In this document: positions 60,571 through 64,000 of the stretch, in pieces
Layout: the number at the start of each line of letters is the position of its first letter
How positions within the stretch are numbered: the first letter of the stretch is position 1
Assembly (NCBI GenBank): GCA_965222375.1
Contig: CBDCTZ010000016.1
Coordinates: forward strand, 2,848,001 to 2,912,000
Direction of reading: 5' to 3'
DNA length: 64,000 nt
From: Polyangiaceae bacterium
GTDB lineage: Bacteria > Myxococcota_A > Polyangia > Polyangiales > Polyangiaceae
The notes under the pieces: model-generated
What the model was told of the DNA's origin: nothing
The model's database searches: none
What the model saw: the letters and a program-made list of their open reading frames with translations, nothing else
Made by a program: the position numbers and the translations under genes

Positions 60571-62963
60571 GAGAGCTGGACTACGTTGGTAAGAACCGAG
60601 TCCGCCCGGACGCCGCCGACAAGGCCGCGGGTCGCGCCTTCTACATCCACGATCTGGTTCGTCCGGGAATGCTCTACGGCAAGGTGAAGTTCGCCGAGCA
60701 GCCTCACGCGCGGATTCGACACATCGACGCGTCCCGGGCGGAGCGCCTGCCCGGCGTTCGTGCGGTCATCACTGCCCACAACACTCCAGAGCTGCGAATG
60801 GGCTTTTTGCGCGACAACTTCGTCCTCAAGAAGGACGTGGTGCGGCAGCACCGCGACGAAGTTGCGGCAGTCGCAGCCATCGACCCCGACATCGCCGCGG
60901 AAGCCATCGAGCTGATCAAAGTCGAGTACGAGCCGCTGCCCGCAGTGTTCACCCCAGAGGCTGCGCTGGCAGAAGGTGCGGTGCTCGTGCACGAGCGGGA
61001 TGCCACGGGCAAGCCGCGCACCGACAACGTACTTCCGGTGAGCGTGCACCACGAGTCGGGCGATCTGGCCGCGGCGGAGCGAGCGTCCAAGCACATCGCC
61101 GAGGGCGACTACTCCACGCCGCTGATTCAACAGAGCTGCATGGGTACATCGGGTTGCATCGCGGAATTGGACATCGCGGGCAACCTGACCATGTGGGCGA
61201 AGACCCAAATCCCGTTCTTGGCGCAGCGGGACTTCAACCGCGCCTTGGAGGCCATGGGTCTCAAAGACCGCAATGCTCGGGTCATCGTGCCCTGCCTAGG
61301 CGGGGGATTCGGAACGGGTCTGGATACCCACGCCTACGAGTTCATCGCGATATTGCTGGCGCACCGAAGTGGCCACCCAGTCAAGATCGTCTACACGCGG
61401 GAGGAAGAGTTTGCGAACCTCTCGCCCCGTCAATCTGCGCAGGTGCGCATCGTGCAGGGCTGCGACGCGGGTGGGAAGCTGACCTTTCGACGCCTCGAGG
61501 TGCTCCAAGACAACGGTGCATACACGTCCTGGGGAGCCACCTACCCCACGGTGATGCTGTTGCCAGCCACCTCTCTGTATCAGGTGAGCGCGGTGCATTT
61601 CGACGCCAAGCTCGTCTACACCAACAACACCTATTGCCAGGCAATGCGCGGCTACGGAAACCCGGAGGTGACCTGGCCCATCGAAAACACCCTGGATCAG
61701 CTGGCAGAAGCTGCCGGCATCGATCCCTTCGAGATGCGCATGCTCAACCGCAACATGCCAGGCGAAGTGACGCCAATGGGTCTGAAAGTAACGACCTGCG
61801 GCATGGGCGGGTGCCTCGAGGCCGCAGCCCGCAGTCTCGACTGGAAGAACAAGCGTGGCAAGCAGCGCAAGAAGAAGCGAGGGGTGGGCATGGCCTCGCT
61901 CGTTCATGTCGGCGGTTCCGGTCGCATCTACCGCGCCGACGGTGGCGGCGTGATCTTGAAGCTCGACGACTACGGCAATGTCAACGTGTCCTATGGCGGG
62001 GTCGAGATGGGGCAGGGCCTGCACTCCGCTTTGATCGTTACGGTCGCGGACGCTCTCGGCGTTCGACCCGAGAAGGTCATCATCAACCAGACAGATACCG
62101 CGACTTGCCCCTGGGATGTGGGTACGCACGCGAGTCGGGGTGCATTCATCGGATGCAACGCTGCGATCATGGCCGCCAAGAAGGTGAGAAAGAAGCTCTT
62201 CTCCCTGGCAGCGGAGGTGTTCCCTGCAGAGGTTGCGGCCAAGCTGGCCAAGCACCAGAAGAAGAACCCGGACTACCGCCCACCGAACTTCGACGTGGCC
62301 GCCGCGTGCCGAGCAGACGCCCTCGACCTACGCAACAGCGAAGTATTCCTGAAGGATGCGCCCGACGAGCCGTGGCTTCGAGTTGAACTCGGGCGCCTGC
62401 TGCGCGCGTTGCACTTCCGCGGTACTCGCGGTCAGTTGTTGATCGAGGAAGCCTACTACGAGCCCCCGAGCGAATTGCCTGATTGGGAGAAAGGCCACGG
62501 CAACATGTCCGCAACCTACGCCTACGGCGTGCAGGGTGCTGAGGTTGAAGTGGATGAGGACACGGGAGAAGTGACGATCTTGCGGATGGTGAGCGCCCAC
62601 GACGTTGGCAAAGTGCTCAATCCCCAGGCCCTGGCCGGTCAGGTATACGGCGGGCTGGCGCAGGGCATCGGCTATGCGCTCTACGAGCAGGTGCAGTGCG
62701 CCGAGGGTCGAGTGCTCAACCCGAGCTTCACCGACTACAAGATCCCAACGGTTGGCGAGATGTCCTTTCCCGTGGACCTCGAGTTCGTCGAAACGGACGA
62801 CCAAGCTGGGCCTTTCGGAGCCAAGGGCGTGGGTGAGCCCGGTTTGGTGCCGACAGCCCCGGCAATTGCCAACGCAATCTACGACGCGATCGGCGTACGC
62901 ATCGCCGACTTGCCGATGACGCGCGAGAAGATCGTCGCTGCATGTAAGGAGAAGCAGACATGA
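60567..62963 (+). CDS. Xanthine dehydrogenase family molybdopterin subunit
   Basis: LGGGFG, AMRGYG, EMGQG, THASR, AKGVGE. Confidence 0.93.
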   Translation: MRELDYVGKNRVRPDAADKAAGRAFYIHDLVRPGMLYGKVKFAEQPHARIRHIDASRAERLPGVRAVITAHNTPELRMGFLRDNFVLKKDVVRQHRDEVAAVAAIDPDIAAEAIELIKVEYEPLPAVFTPEAALAEGAVLVHERDATGKPRTDNVLPVSVHHESGDLAAAERASKHIAEGDYSTPLIQQSCMGTSGCIAELDIAGNLTMWAKTQIPFLAQRDFNRALEAMGLKDRNARVIVPCLGGGFGTGLDTHAYEFIAILLAHRSGHPVKIVYTREEEFANLSPRQSAQVRIVQGCDAGGKLTFRRLEVLQDNGAYTSWGATYPTVMLLPATSLYQVSAVHFDAKLVYTNNTYCQAMRGYGNPEVTWPIENTLDQLAEAAGIDPFEMRMLNRNMPGEVTPMGLKVTTCGMGGCLEAAARSLDWKNKRGKQRKKKRGVGMASLVHVGGSGRIYRADGGGVILKLDDYGNVNVSYGGVEMGQGLHSALIVTVADALGVRPEKVIINQTDTATCPWDVGTHASRGAFIGCNAAIMAAKKVRKKLFSLAAEVFPAEVAAKLAKHQKKNPDYRPPNFDVAAACRADALDLRNSEVFLKDAPDEPWLRVELGRLLRALHFRGTRGQLLIEEAYYEPPSELPDWEKGHGNMSATYAYGVQGAEVEVDEDTGEVTILRMVSAHDVGKVLNPQALAGQVYGGLAQGIGYALYEQVQCAEGRVLNPSFTDYKIPTVGEMSFPVDLEFVETDDQAGPFGAKGVGEPGLVPTAPAIANAIYDAIGVRIADLPMTREKIVAACKEKQT

Positions 62964-64000
62964 CTTTGAAAAACGCCTTTGTCCCCTACGGTGCCTACTA
63001 CTCCACGCCCTTCTGTCGCTGGCAGGGGAGCCTGGCTGGCTACCATTCGGTCGAGCTGGCTGCCGCGGTCCTGCGGGAGTGGCTCGCGGAGCGGGAGACC
63101 GACGCCAGCGTTTTTGACTCGGTCATCCTGGGCACCACGGTGCCACAGCGCAGCGCGTTCTACGGCGCGCCTTGGCTCGGAGGGCTGATTGGTGCACCCG
63201 GAGTCACCGGGCCGACGATTGCGCAGGCCTGCGCGACGTCGGCGCGCGTGATTGCCAATGCAGCCATGGAGGTCGAACTGGGCACCAAGACCTGCGCTCT
63301 GGGCGTGGCCTGTGACCGCACCAGCAATGGGCCGCACATGTACTATCCAGCTCCCGACGCTCCCGGGGGTCGCGGTCAGTCCGAAGACTGGGTGTGGGAC
63401 GCGTTCAACCGCGACCCTTTCGCCAAGAACGCGATGATCGAGACCGCAGAAACGGTCGCCAAAGCTGAAGGCATCAGTCGCGAGGAGCAAGATGAAATAA
63501 CCGCCCTGCGCTATTCTCAGTACACCGACGCCCTGGCTGAGGACCGTGCTTTCCAACGTCGTTACATGCGAGCGGTGACCGTCGGCAAGAAGCGAGATTC
63601 GCGACAAGTTGCGGCCGACGAGGGGGTTCACCCCACGACCGCCGAGAGCCTGGCTTCGCTCCGACCTGTGATGAAAGAGGGCTCCGTAACGTTTGGCACC
63701 CAGACGCATCCCGCCGACGGCAACGCAGCCATCGTCGTGTGCAACGAAGCGCGCGCGAAAGAGCTATCCAAAGATGCTAAAGTACGCATCCGCGTCGTCG
63801 GCTACGCGGAGGCCCGCACCGACGTGGGCATGATGCCCAAGGCCGTTGCACCCGCTGCGCGGGCCGCCCTTCAGCGCACCAACGTAGCGTTGGCGGATAT
63901 CAAGGCCATCAAGACTCACAACCCCTTTGCGGTGAACGACGTGCTGATGGCACGCGAGTTCGAACTTCCGGCAGAGCGGTTCAACCGCTTTGGCTCGCCC
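62960..64000 (+). CDS. Thiolase family protein, 3'-truncated by window edge
   Basis: ATG 62960 overlaps previous stop; translates MTLKNAFVPYGAYYSTPFCRWQGSL..., AQACATS, ADG, KTHNPFAVND (not in the supplied ORF track). Confidence 0.88.
   Translation, partial: MTLKNAFVPYGAYYSTPFCRWQGSLAGYHSVELAAAVLREWLAERETDASVFDSVILGTTVPQRSAFYGAPWLGGLIGAPGVTGPTIAQACATSARVIANAAMEVELGTKTCALGVACDRTSNGPHMYYPAPDAPGGRGQSEDWVWDAFNRDPFAKNAMIETAETVAKAEGISREEQDEITALRYSQYTDALAEDRAFQRRYMRAVTVGKKRDSRQVAADEGVHPTTAESLASLRPVMKEGSVTFGTQTHPADGNAAIVVCNEARAKELSKDAKVRIRVVGYAEARTDVGMMPKAVAPAARAALQRTNVALADIKAIKTHNPFAVNDVLMAREFELPAERFNRFGSP

Overview
GC-rich bacterial DNA, most likely Myxococcota (Cys-rich and Gly/Ser-linker lipoproteins, a MYXO-CTERM-like tail, a Hanks-type kinase); the taxonomy is inferred, not measured. 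Most of the window is ordinary: sua5, sahR-like/ahcY, asnS, speD, GMC oxidoreductase, radical SAM, many lipoproteins. Three regions stand out. (1) 14.6-19.0 kb is a mobile-DNA pile-up: a truncated IS110 recombinase, an Rpn C-terminal remnant, a DDE integrase, and two diverged copies of a ~213-bp element end. (2) 29.6-35.85 kb is an integrase-less island bounded by a degenerate duplication of the asnS 3' end. It carries mazEF, two FGE-sulfatase-fold lipoproteins that differ mainly in one central segment, and a surface gluzincin peptidase whose signal peptide is thrown out of frame by a (TC)9 repeat. (3) 47.07 kb to the window end is a tightly coupled 12-gene operon matching the anaerobic indoleacetate (iaa-type) pathway. 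It is headed by an indolepyruvate oxidoreductase alpha subunit with a whole GltD-like NAD(P)H flavoprotein inserted into its ferredoxin domain, suggesting a tryptophan/indolepyruvate catabolic route that needs neither free ferredoxin nor a CoA ligase. All product calls are from motif recognition only; no database searches were run.
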